A stretch of 64,000 nucleotides of DNA from Candidatus Latescibacterota bacterium (GTDB taxonomy: Bacteria; Latescibacterota; UBA2968; UBA8231): contig OZ244561.1 in NCBI GenBank assembly GCA_965217585.1, forward strand, positions 3,776,001 through 3,840,000. Reading direction: 5' to 3'. The notes beneath the pieces are model-generated. The model was not told the origin of the DNA and searched no databases. It was given only the letters and a program-made list of their open reading frames with translations. The first letter of the stretch is position 1. Every line of letters starts with the position of its first letter. Made by a program: the position numbers and the translations under genes. Shown piece by piece: positions 46,883 to 56,192 of this stretch.

Positions 46883-48829
46883 TCAATAGGCGACGGCAAT
46901 GGGCCGCATTTGCACTTGGCGCTCCCCACCGCTCTCGACCTCGACTTGGCAGATGTACAGACCGGGGGCGACCTGCTGGCCGGCCTCGTCGCGCCCGTCC
47001 CATTGACGCGGATGTCGTCCCGCGCCATCGACGTCTGAGTACACGCGCCGCACCAAGCGGCCGCTCAAATCCCGCACCAGCACCTCCACCGGCACCGGCT
47101 CGGTCACTTTGAGCAGCTCGTAGGCAATCTCCACTTGGTCGTTGATCTGGTCGCCGTTGGGCGTAAACGCCTCGGTGCTCAGCGACACGGCCCCTAAGAC
47201 CTTATCGTCTAGGGTCATCGCCTGCACCAAAAGTTGATTGCCGTCCACTAGCTCGCTGGCCTCGCCGGCGGCCACGAGCTGCCCGATCTCCCCCGGCGCT
47301 GTGCTGTCGATCACCCGACCTTCAAAAATTGCGCCAAAGCGGAAAATTTCGGCGCGCACATCCACTTCGAGCAGCTCGCCGCTGCGCGCGACATCCAGCC
47401 GCGGGAAACCCAACATTACGCCGGCCACCTCGGCCACGGCACTGAAATCCGCCACGGGTGCGCCGCTGAGGCGCACGGCCTCCACGCCGACGATCCGGCC
47501 ACCGACCAAGCTCAGGTCCAACCCGTCAAATCCTTGGTCGCCGGGTTCAATCGTCGGGCGCAATGCATAGGTGAACGTGCGTTCCTCAGCCACTGCCGCT
47601 TGCCAAGGATCGACCTCGCCGACTAAGGCGGTCACCAAGCGCGGGGAAACGGCGAATTCGAGATAGTCGAGCTGGCCGCCAGCTTGGCCGAAGGATTTGA
47701 ATGCTATCCCAAACTGCACGTAGCGGTGGGAGCGCGTCGCCCGCAGGGCTACGCCCGCGCTGTCGGCGAATTCGTACGGCGACGACCACAGCTCCCATTG
47801 GGCGGTGTCGTCGGTGATGGCCCCGCGCACGATCGGCCCCAAGCGGCTATAGCTTTTGCGGGTCAGCAGCTTGCCGTCCTCGCCAAAGGGTACCTGCTCG
47901 TCGCCGCGGAAGGTCTTGCGCCAGTACACGAGCGGTGTCTCGTCACCACCGGCGCGAGAGCGGATCTCCACTTGCGCCCCTTCGTCCCGCCGCCCTCCCC
48001 AGCGCACCCAGCCCAAATTGGCGAATTCGCCTAGGTCGAGAACGTTGGACTGGTGCGAGGCCGAGCCTTGGAAACCGCCGCCGTACACCTCCAGCTCAGC
48101 CAAGTCCCATATCTCATTTTGGGGCATCACGTGAATCATCAAATAGCGGATGGGCGTCCCGTCTAGCTCAATGTCGAGCTGCGGATCTTTGTTTTCCAGG
48201 ATTTCCGCGACCACCTTTAGCTCAATGCCCTTTTGTTGCTTGGGATCCAGCGACCTACCGAGCGCACTCGTTCCGACGAATTCAATCTCATCAACGCCAC
48301 CCCCGGCCTCGGTCTGCGCGGCGACGATGACGTGGGCGACCGAGCGCTCGCTGCCTGCCTGCGGGATAAAGCGGACCAACCGCGTCGCAAAGTCGCCGCC
48401 GAGGTCAAAGAACAAAGCCGTGCCGTGGAAGTTATGAGCGTGTTCCCTAGGACGAGTCTCTAAGAAAAACGTCGTCGGGTCCCCGTCGATCACCAACCGC
48501 AACTCGTCGCCGACATCTTCAAAACCATTGTACGCGCCGTGCTGAAAATTGCCGCTGACCCCGCTCAAGGTCGTCGCCATATTATCGCCCTCGTTGTAGA
48601 AAAACGGCGTGATCTGCTCACTGAGCGCGAGCCCAAAGCTCTGGCCGCCGAGATTCTTGTCTAAGTCGGCCCAGCTCAACTGGCGAAACTCAGCACCGGC
48701 CTCCACCTCGGCCGGAGGCGGCAGGCCCTCGCCGCCGATGCGATAGACGACCAAGGCCGCGCTTGGCTGGACGCCGATCAAAGCCAACAGGGCCGCGATG
48801 AGCCACGTCGTGCGCTGCAATTCTTTCAC
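46883..48829 (-). CDS. Secreted protein with discoidin-like domain and PNGDQIND/FlgD-Ig C-terminal domain (paralog 1)
   Basis: IDGDPTTF, FFDLG, RSRAG, WELWSSPY, FTPNGDQIND, WDGRDEAG..VAPGLY. Confidence 0.78.
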   Translation of the reverse strand: MKELQRTTWLIAALLALIGVQPSAALVVYRIGGEGLPPPAEVEAGAEFRQLSWADLDKNLGGQSFGLALSEQITPFFYNEGDNMATTLSGVSGNFQHGAYNGFEDVGDELRLVIDGDPTTFFLETRPREHAHNFHGTALFFDLGGDFATRLVRFIPQAGSERSVAHVIVAAQTEAGGGVDEIEFVGTSALGRSLDPKQQKGIELKVVAEILENKDPQLDIELDGTPIRYLMIHVMPQNEIWDLAELEVYGGGFQGSASHQSNVLDLGEFANLGWVRWGGRRDEGAQVEIRSRAGGDETPLVYWRKTFRGDEQVPFGEDGKLLTRKSYSRLGPIVRGAITDDTAQWELWSSPYEFADSAGVALRATRSHRYVQFGIAFKSFGQAGGQLDYLEFAVSPRLVTALVGEVDPWQAAVAEERTFTYALRPTIEPGDQGFDGLDLSLVGGRIVGVEAVRLSGAPVADFSAVAEVAGVMLGFPRLDVARSGELLEVDVRAEIFRFGAIFEGRVIDSTAPGEIGQLVAAGEASELVDGNQLLVQAMTLDDKVLGAVSLSTEAFTPNGDQINDQVEIAYELLKVTEPVPVEVLVRDLSGRLVRRVYSDVDGAGRHPRQWDGRDEAGQQVAPGLYICQVEVESGGERQVQMRPIAVAY

Positions 48830-48847
48830 AATGGCACCTCCAAGAAG

Positions 48848-48878
48848 AAGGGGGGATGGAACTAGCCCATCCCCCCTT
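48848..48878 (-). terminator. Strong intergenic hairpin (partial terminator or mRNA stabiliser)
   Basis: AAGGGGGGATGG-7 nt-CCATCCCCCCTT, followed on the minus strand by CTTCTT. Confidence 0.7.
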
Positions 48879-48904
48879 GTCCTTCCATCCTAGACACTGC
48901 CCGC

Positions 48905-49855
48905 TTACTGGACGTAGGCAGACTTGATGCGACCCCAGCTATTCTCCTCGACCGCGCTCTCGATCGCGCTGAAATCGACGCGCGGATCAACGGGTGCCAG
49001 CAGGAAATCCGTAGCCGAAGCCGTGGTTTTCCACACGTCGCTGGCTCCCGAAAGGGACCACTGGCCAGAGTGCTCGGTATCTTGGCCAACGCCGCCATCG
49101 GCACCGGCTACATCGCTGTCGAAGACCGCCCAGCCCAAGCCGGTGATCTCGCCTTCGTTGTAGTCGTGGATGACGCTGCCGTCTGGGTCGTTGAAGAGAA
49201 AGTCATCCCAGGATTGGCGCCGCACCTCGATAAAGGCCGTGGCCTCGCCACCGCCAATTTGGCCGTCCAAGCGGAAGCCGTGGTCGGCGTAGGGCAGCTC
49301 GTCGTGCCACTGCGCTTGGGTCATCCAAAACCACGACCAACTCTCTTGGCCATCGGGACCGAGGTTCGGGAAGCGGGTGTGGTAGGACTGCGCCCAGCGG
49401 CCTTGGGCCAAGGTGCGCTCTTCCTCGTCTTCTATGTCGCCGGTGCCGAAGCGCATCTGCTCGCCTCCGTGGTCGCCATCGACGTGCATTTCCCAGCTAT
49501 CGTCGCCGCCGGCCACGCCGCCTTGGGCGTCGCGATCGTAGAAGTCGTCAAAGCGCTCCATCATGAGGTAGATGCTATTGGTCGACTCGCTCCAGCCAAC
49601 GATGGTGCGGAAGTTCAAGTCGCCGAAATCGGCCGGCTTTTCGCCGTTGAACTCGGTGTGCTCGGCAAAGGCAATCGAGTAGTCCTCGGGCACGATCGAC
49701 CATTCGGACAGATCGCCGTCCAGCGTTGGCTCAAGGCCCGCCGGCCACTGGAAAGCCGTGCGCACAGCGCCCTCGGGCACGTGCGCCGTAGCCGGAGCAA
49801 CGACGCCCACGCACAGGGCCAGTGCGAGCAAAACAGTGATTTTTTTCAAAATCAT
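48905..49855 (-). CDS. Secreted CBM9/DOMON-like sugar-binding protein with SWGRIK tail
   Basis: Signal peptide, PTLDGDLSEW, GWSE..IYL....DD, GDDSWE..VDGDH, SAVEENSWGRIK. Confidence 0.72.
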   Translation of the reverse strand: MILKKITVLLALALCVGVVAPATAHVPEGAVRTAFQWPAGLEPTLDGDLSEWSIVPEDYSIAFAEHTEFNGEKPADFGDLNFRTIVGWSESTNSIYLMMERFDDFYDRDAQGGVAGGDDSWEMHVDGDHGGEQMRFGTGDIEDEEERTLAQGRWAQSYHTRFPNLGPDGQESWSWFWMTQAQWHDELPYADHGFRLDGQIGGGEATAFIEVRRQSWDDFLFNDPDGSVIHDYNEGEITGLGWAVFDSDVAGADGGVGQDTEHSGQWSLSGASDVWKTTASATDFLLAPVDPRVDFSAIESAVEENSWGRIKSAYVQ

Positions 49856-49900
49856 CCTCCTTGGTTTTAGTTAAAACGCCCGCTACAGTGGGGCATAGTA

Positions 49901-49920
49901 TTATAATGAAAATGCTTTCG
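49901..49920 (-). promoter_or_regulatory. Candidate -10 box with adjacent LacI-like palindrome upstream of the large operon
   Basis: TATAAT near 49901-49906; TGAAAATGCTTTCG (49907-49920) is an imperfect palindrome. Confidence 0.35.
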
Positions 49921-49972
49921 TTGCACTGCACTTACTTTGGTAACGACCTCCTTTCTCTTGTGAGGTTGTAAT

Positions 49973-51496
49973 CTACTGAAGTGTTCGCAAATGCTCAATG
50001 CGGCTCTGAGCTGCCGCCAGTACCTTCTCGTCGCCGCGCCAGTGCCGGACAAAGGCCCCGTAAGCGAGGCGCGCCGCCGCGGCTTCACCCTGTTGCTCGT
50101 AGGCTTGGCCCAGCGCGTAGTGGGAGCGCGCATGAGTGGAATCGCGCCGCACTACCTCCTCGAACTGGGCAATGGCCTCCGCCAAGGACTCGCGCCGGGC
50201 CAAGGCCATGCCCAATCCGTAGTACGCGTCGCGCAGCTCGGCGTCGCAGGCGAGGGCGGCCCGATAGGCGCTGATAGCTTTTTCCAAATCGCCCTGCAGG
50301 GCATACACATTGCCCAAGGCATTGTGTGCCTTGGCGTAGCAGGCGTCGATGTCCAAGGCGCGGGAAAACGCGGCCTCGGCCTCGGCCCAACGCTGCTTTT
50401 GCGCGTGGGCAAAGCCCATGGTAAAGTGCGCTTCAGGCGCGCGCCGACCACGCGGCTCGTGCGCCGCGATTTTGCCGGCCAAGTGCGCGGCGCGCTCGAC
50501 ATCGCCCTGCCGCAGGTGGATTTGGACCACCGCAGCCAGCGCGTCAACGTGCTCGGGCTCGCGGCTGAGCACCTCCTTGTACGTGCTCAGCGCGTCTGCG
50601 TATTGCCCCAAGCGCGTCTGCGCTCGGCCCAGCGCCAAGCGCGCCTCCACATTGTCGGGCTCTCTCTCTAGCACCTTTTCCAAGGTCTCTTCCCGATCCG
50701 CCAAGTCGAGTAGCCCCTCTAGGCGTGCGAGCATGGCTTCGGCTTCGTCGTAGCGGCCCTGGGCCGAATACAAATTCGCCAAATCGTGGTACGCCTCGCC
50801 GTAGTTGGCGTCGAGCGCCACGGCCCGGTTGAGCGCCTGCGCTGCTTCGTCGTACCGCTTCTCGTTCAGGTAGAGCCGTCCTATGTCTCGCCAGATTTCT
50901 TTGCGCTCCGGTGCCAACTCGGCCGCTTCCACCAAAACCTCTTCCGCGCGCTCATTGCGGCCCTGCTGGCTGTAGAGCAAGGCTAGGGCCTGCCGCGCTT
51001 CTACGTCTTTTGGGGCGATGTAAAGCGCTTTCAGCAGGGCCTCTTCGGCGCGCTCGTATTGCCCCTGCTCTTTGTGCAAGAAGGCCAACAAGCGATACGA
51101 GCTAGGCGATTGAGGATCGAAGCGCAGCGCGGTTTCCGCCGCCTCTACGGCCTGTGGGTAGCGGCCTGCTTCGAGGTGGGCGATGGCCAAGTTGTGATAG
51201 GAGGGAATGTACGTCGAATCCAGCGCAATGGCCCGTGCAAAGTGCGCGGCCGCAGCCGTGCTCTTGCGCTGCAAATGCGCCAAGCCTAAGTAAAAGTGCG
51301 CGTCACGGGACAGCGAATCACGGCGGACGGCCTCTTGGTACACGGCCGCGGCTTGGTCGTACTGGCCCTGATCCAAATAGGCCCTCCCCACCGCGAGCAG
51401 TGGGTCGCCCGTGGGCGAATCTTGCCGCACTTCGCCGCATCCTCCGATTGAGAGGAGGGCGAGTAGGGCGATGCGATCCACGGGCGAGAAGGGCAT
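49973..51496 (-). CDS. TPR-repeat lipoprotein
   Basis: Lipobox LLSIGGC followed by roughly a dozen TPR units. Confidence 0.9.
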   Translation of the reverse strand: MPFSPVDRIALLALLSIGGCGEVRQDSPTGDPLLAVGRAYLDQGQYDQAAAVYQEAVRRDSLSRDAHFYLGLAHLQRKSTAAAAHFARAIALDSTYIPSYHNLAIAHLEAGRYPQAVEAAETALRFDPQSPSSYRLLAFLHKEQGQYERAEEALLKALYIAPKDVEARQALALLYSQQGRNERAEEVLVEAAELAPERKEIWRDIGRLYLNEKRYDEAAQALNRAVALDANYGEAYHDLANLYSAQGRYDEAEAMLARLEGLLDLADREETLEKVLEREPDNVEARLALGRAQTRLGQYADALSTYKEVLSREPEHVDALAAVVQIHLRQGDVERAAHLAGKIAAHEPRGRRAPEAHFTMGFAHAQKQRWAEAEAAFSRALDIDACYAKAHNALGNVYALQGDLEKAISAYRAALACDAELRDAYYGLGMALARRESLAEAIAQFEEVVRRDSTHARSHYALGQAYEQQGEAAAARLAYGAFVRHWRGDEKVLAAAQSRIEHLRTLQ

Positions 51497-51613
51497 GTCG
51501 CAGATTCTCTCCGGAACCAGAGTGGCGATTATAAACGTTGCAAGTGCTTGTCGTACAAGTAGTATATATGTACATAGCCAAAAACTAAGTCAAGAAAGAA
51601 AGAGCCTAGCAAT

Positions 51614-52777
51614 TTGGCGTTTTTCGACCGGGCGGCGGCCTGTTTTTTCGCGCTCTGCCTCCTCTCCGCAGGCTGCGATCCTCCGCCCTCGCAACCCCAA
51701 GCGGACGCCGCGTATCACGTCTATCCAGGCGACGACATCCAAGCGGCCCTTGAAGCGGCAGCCCGCGACCCAACCCACAAGACCGTCAAGGTTCACGCGG
51801 GGACCTATCGGCCGCAGCGAGCCGGCCAAGCGATGCTCTTCTTCGCGGCCCGCCACGATGGCATCGTGCTCGAAGCGGTGGGGCGCGTGGTGCTGACGGC
51901 CGCCCATGCCGAGCGAGCCGACCCCAACGCGGAAAGTTACCCAGCCATCGTCAACCACGTGGTCTTTTTTGGCGATGGCATCTCCCGGCGCACCGTCTTG
52001 CGCGGTTTCACCATCACCGGCGCCAACAACTTTGCCAGCCGCAGCGAAGGCCCTGAACCAATTCAGCCGGACTCCTCCAATGGCGTGCGCTGGGAAAAGG
52101 GGTTGTTCTTTTACGCCGACGGCGGCGGCATCAAGGTATTTGGCCGTTCTTATCCAACCCTCGAAGGACTAGTGATCCACGACAACTACGCCAGCCCCTG
52201 CGGCGGCGGCGTCTCCATCGAGCATCGGGGGTTCGACGCCGAGGCCGTGCTGATCAAAAACTCCATCTTCCGCAACAATAGCTGCCAAATCACTGGCGCG
52301 GCCGTCGATGTGCTGCCCGGCAGCGCGACCGTACTCGACAACTGCCTCTTCGTCGGCAATGTCGCCAATCTCGGCCCCGACTACGTGGGTCGCCGCGGCG
52401 GCGTCGAATACAACAAGGCGCACGGCTCGGGTGCCTTGACGGTCTTTCCCGGAGCGCGCGTCGAGGTACGCGACTGCACCTTTACGGACAACTGGAACGG
52501 CGTTGACGACAAGGGCCGTGGCAGCGCGTACAGCAATACTATTTTCTGGATGAACGTACGCGATGGTGGCATCGCCCCCGGCAGCCGCTACGAGGTCGAT
52601 CTGCTCGACAGCCGCCGCTTTAGCGGCTGCTATATCCGCGGTCAGATCGACGACCTGCGCGGCACCTTGGACCCGAGGCGCAATATGCTCCAAGCACCGG
52701 ACCCGCAATTCGACGAGCACTACCGGCCCCAAGCTCCTACTTACGCCGGAGCGGGCTACCGGCCGGCGGTGGAATAG
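51614..52777 (+). CDS. Right-handed parallel beta-helix lipoprotein (pectin-lyase-like fold)
   Basis: LLSAGC, IQAALEAA..VHAGTY, GFTITG, GGGI, NxxFxxN repeats. Confidence 0.75.
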   Translation: MAFFDRAAACFFALCLLSAGCDPPPSQPQADAAYHVYPGDDIQAALEAAARDPTHKTVKVHAGTYRPQRAGQAMLFFAARHDGIVLEAVGRVVLTAAHAERADPNAESYPAIVNHVVFFGDGISRRTVLRGFTITGANNFASRSEGPEPIQPDSSNGVRWEKGLFFYADGGGIKVFGRSYPTLEGLVIHDNYASPCGGGVSIEHRGFDAEAVLIKNSIFRNNSCQITGAAVDVLPGSATVLDNCLFVGNVANLGPDYVGRRGGVEYNKAHGSGALTVFPGARVEVRDCTFTDNWNGVDDKGRGSAYSNTIFWMNVRDGGIAPGSRYEVDLLDSRRFSGCYIRGQIDDLRGTLDPRRNMLQAPDPQFDEHYRPQAPTYAGAGYRPAVE

Positions 52778-52900
52778 ACCCATGGCTGCTTGGACTCGGG
52801 CGACAAGCGCTCGCTTTGAAAAAAAACCGGCGATGCCTATACTGTCTGCCTATCCGGTGTCGGCCTTTCTTCACCATATCCTCCATGATCGTTCCACATT

Positions 52901-55108
52901 ATGCTGAAACTGCTCTCGACACTCGCCGTCTTTTCTCTGGCGGCACCGCACCACACCGGGGCACAGGGTGCCGCTGCTATCCGTCAACAGCGGCTCGAAC
53001 TGGACCGCACGGTCTGGTCCGACGAGCGTCGCGCCCAGCAGTACGAGGCTGTCTTCGTCGCCTTATGGGATCGACTGCGCACTGCCCAAGAGGCGCGGCC
53101 GGTGCTGGCCGCCTTCCCCTTTGACCAACTGCTGCTCGGCACCCGGCAGGATAGCGTTGGGCACGACTGGGACATCGTCGAAACGCACTATGGCAACCCG
53201 CCGCGCACGCTCGACCAAGGGCAGTGGTCGGCCCTGCTCGAACAATGGGAAGATGAGGGCCTCGTTCTCGAACAATCCGAATGGCACCACAAGCAGTTCA
53301 CCCCGGCCAAGGACGGACCGGCCCGCTCTTTAATTGACCTGAAACTGCACGTCAAAAACCGCGCTAGGCGTCTAATCGTCAGCGGCGACCTATCCGTCAC
53401 CTGGAGCGAGCGGCAAGACGAGGCCGGGCACTATATCCCCGCCACCATCGACGCCTCGAATCTGACGCTGACCGAACGCCGTGGCGCACCCGCTTTTGCC
53501 TCTTCAGCCGTCTTGGCGGACGATGCCGCGATCTCGCCCCTCATCGCCGCCGATCTCGACGGCGACGGTCTCGACGACTTGCTCGCGCTGGGTGCCAACT
53601 TGCTCTACCGCAACCAAGGTGGACGCTTTGCGCCTGAGCCGCTTTTGGCGTATCCGCCTCCGGGCGGTCGCATCGAAGTGGCACTCTTGGCCGATTTTAC
53701 CGGCGATGGCGTGCCCGATCTAATCGTCGGCGGCCCCGGTCAGTTGCTGGGTCTCTACGAGGGCGGCAAGAGCTTCGACCAACCCGGCTTGGCCATTGCG
53801 ACTCGTCCCCTGCAATACCCCGAAGCCATGAGCGCGGGCGACATAGACGGCGACGGCGACCTCGACCTGTGGGTTGGCCAGTACCGGCCGCCCTATCGCA
53901 AGGGGCAGATGCCCACGCCCTACTACGACGCCAACGACGGCTATCCCGCGTACCTGCTGAGCAACAACGGGCGCGGGCGCTTCACCGACATCACGAGCCG
54001 CGCGGGCCTCGAAACCAAGCGCAAGCGGCGCACGTATAGCGGCTCCTTGGCCGATCTCGACGGCGACGACGACCTCGACCTGCTGGTCGTCAGCGACTTC
54101 GCCGGCATTGACCTGTACTACAATGACGGCACCGGCACCTTTGCCGATGTCACCCCCCAAGCTGTCAGCGAGGCATCGACCTTTGGCATGTCCCACGTCT
54201 TTGGCGACTACAATGCCGACGGCCGCCTCGACATGTACGTAGTGGGCATGAGTTCGACCACGGCGCGCCGCCTCGACTACCTCGGTCTCGGACGCGAGGA
54301 GTACCCCGAGCATCACCAGCAGCGCCGGGCCATGGGCTTTGGCAATCGACTTTACCTCGGGCGCGAGGACGCCCGGTTTAGCATCGCCCCAGGAACGGAG
54401 CAAGTGGCGCGCACCGGGTGGTCTTGGGGCGTGGCCTCCGCGGACTTCGACAACGACGGCGACGACGAAATCTACGTGGCCAACGGCCACCTCAGCGGTG
54501 AGACCGCCCAAGACTACTGCACCACCTTCTGGACGCACGACATCTACACCGGCGGCTCCGAACCCGACCCGCAGATAGCCGAATTTTTCAACGAGATGAT
54601 TGCGGACTGGAACAGCGCGGGTATCTCGTGGAACGGCTTTGAGCACAACAAGCTCTACCTGAGCGGAGGGGGCCGTTCCTTTGTCGAGATCGGCTATCTG
54701 ATGGGCGTGGCTTTTGAATTCGATGCGCGCACCGTGCTCGACATGGACATCGATGCCGACGGCCGCGTGGACCTATTGGTCAGCGAGTGGTCCGGCACTC
54801 CGCGCCGCGAGCGGGTCCACGTCTTGCGCAATGTCTGGCCCGGCGACAACAACTGGCTCGGCGTGCGCCTCCAAGGCGCGGCCGGCATCTCTCCCATCGG
54901 CGCGAATATCACCCTGCGTTCGTCCCAAGGCACCAAGACGCAGTGGGTTTATACCGGCGAATCCTTTGACGCCCAGCGCTCACCCACCCGCCATTTCGGC
55001 TTGGGCCGCGGCGAGCAGGTCGAAGCGGTCGAAGTGCGGTGGCCTGGTGGGAAGGTCACCACTCTATCCAATCCACAGATCAACCGCTATCACGAACTGA
55101 CGCCCTAG
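52901..55108 (+). CDS. CRTAC1/ASPIC-UnbV FG-GAP repeat protein
   Basis: Repeated DxDGDGDxD loops, GWSWG, C-terminal HFGLG...VEVRWP. Confidence 0.92.
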   Translation: MLKLLSTLAVFSLAAPHHTGAQGAAAIRQQRLELDRTVWSDERRAQQYEAVFVALWDRLRTAQEARPVLAAFPFDQLLLGTRQDSVGHDWDIVETHYGNPPRTLDQGQWSALLEQWEDEGLVLEQSEWHHKQFTPAKDGPARSLIDLKLHVKNRARRLIVSGDLSVTWSERQDEAGHYIPATIDASNLTLTERRGAPAFASSAVLADDAAISPLIAADLDGDGLDDLLALGANLLYRNQGGRFAPEPLLAYPPPGGRIEVALLADFTGDGVPDLIVGGPGQLLGLYEGGKSFDQPGLAIATRPLQYPEAMSAGDIDGDGDLDLWVGQYRPPYRKGQMPTPYYDANDGYPAYLLSNNGRGRFTDITSRAGLETKRKRRTYSGSLADLDGDDDLDLLVVSDFAGIDLYYNDGTGTFADVTPQAVSEASTFGMSHVFGDYNADGRLDMYVVGMSSTTARRLDYLGLGREEYPEHHQQRRAMGFGNRLYLGREDARFSIAPGTEQVARTGWSWGVASADFDNDGDDEIYVANGHLSGETAQDYCTTFWTHDIYTGGSEPDPQIAEFFNEMIADWNSAGISWNGFEHNKLYLSGGGRSFVEIGYLMGVAFEFDARTVLDMDIDADGRVDLLVSEWSGTPRRERVHVLRNVWPGDNNWLGVRLQGAAGISPIGANITLRSSQGTKTQWVYTGESFDAQRSPTRHFGLGRGEQVEAVEVRWPGGKVTTLSNPQINRYHELTP

Positions 55109-56118
55109 CAAAGGGTAGAGGATGATCGTACACAACAGTGCCTTGCTCTTTATCAAGACACGGCTCACCGCCTAGGCGATAGTCGCCTGTAGTGAGGCCC
55201 TATCGAGTGCGACCTATGTGTGTAGCCTCATCAGCGACTAACTACACATTATGCTATTGGATGTTCTGGAGAGGAGAGGATCTCCCACTAAGCTGGTTCA
55301 TATGTTCCGCTAAATCTGAGATATGACCGTGCAATGTGCGTAATTCATCGACCGAGCCGACCATAGATTCAAACTCAGAACCATCGCTGTACGTAACCTG
55401 ATACAAATAACTTTCTGTGGGATCATCCATCGAAAAATCAGGATTCTCTAGAAACTCCGTCGCCGCCATAATTACCTCAAAAACGACAGGTGCGGAGTCC
55501 TGTCTCAAAACGAGGCAGATTTGCTGAGGAAGGGCACTGAGTTTAGAGCGGACTCGATCTATATATGAATCCACAGTCGCTCTGCCTAGTAATCCAACGA
55601 GAGAGCGAGCTATATCGCCCTTTTTCTTTTCTGAAAAGTTTGCTTCAACTTCGAGAACTATTTGCTCTTTATGCCTTTCTTCTATTTGGTCTGGATAGTC
55701 GATGTCCAGCCCATTTTCAGCAAAGGCAGAAACGACTTTGTCTTTAGGCACATAGAACAAGTCTATTCCCTGACTCAAGACTAGTTCTCTCGCCGGTTGT
55801 GTAAAATCCCCTGCCGCTAAGATGCCTAAAAAACGCGCCGTGGGATATGTAGCGCGCATTGGCCTCAGTTTTCCACTGTCGTCGCGGGCTTTGTCTTTGG
55901 AGTGTCGCGCACCGCGCCGCCAGAAACATTCGACAAAAGCCACGGGAACCCCCCGCTTTTCATCACTCCCACCTAATTCGAGGACAAAATCATAATCTAC
56001 CGTGTTGCCGTCTATGTCTTGCCAGATGATTTTTTCCTTACCACGCAGAGGGCGTGATACGAACCGGTTGTCTAAGTACTTGAATTCGACAGGTAGGTTG
56101 ATATTTAGGCTCGAACAG

Positions 56119-56192
56119 GCATCGGAGTCTCCCTATTTTGGGATAGCTTGATTCACCGCCATGGATCATCTACCCCAGGGAAACTCCGATGC
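56119..56192 (+). promoter_or_regulatory. Inverted repeat covering the transposase RBS and ATG
   Basis: GCATCGGAGTCTCCCT (56119-56134) / AGGGAAACTCCGATGC (56177-56192), 15/16 complementary. Confidence 0.6.

Noticed and set aside
42207-48829. Flagellar hook assembly (flgD) genes
   Set aside because: Only the terminal Ig domain resembles FlgD; the proteins have Sec signal peptides and no flagellar genes are nearby
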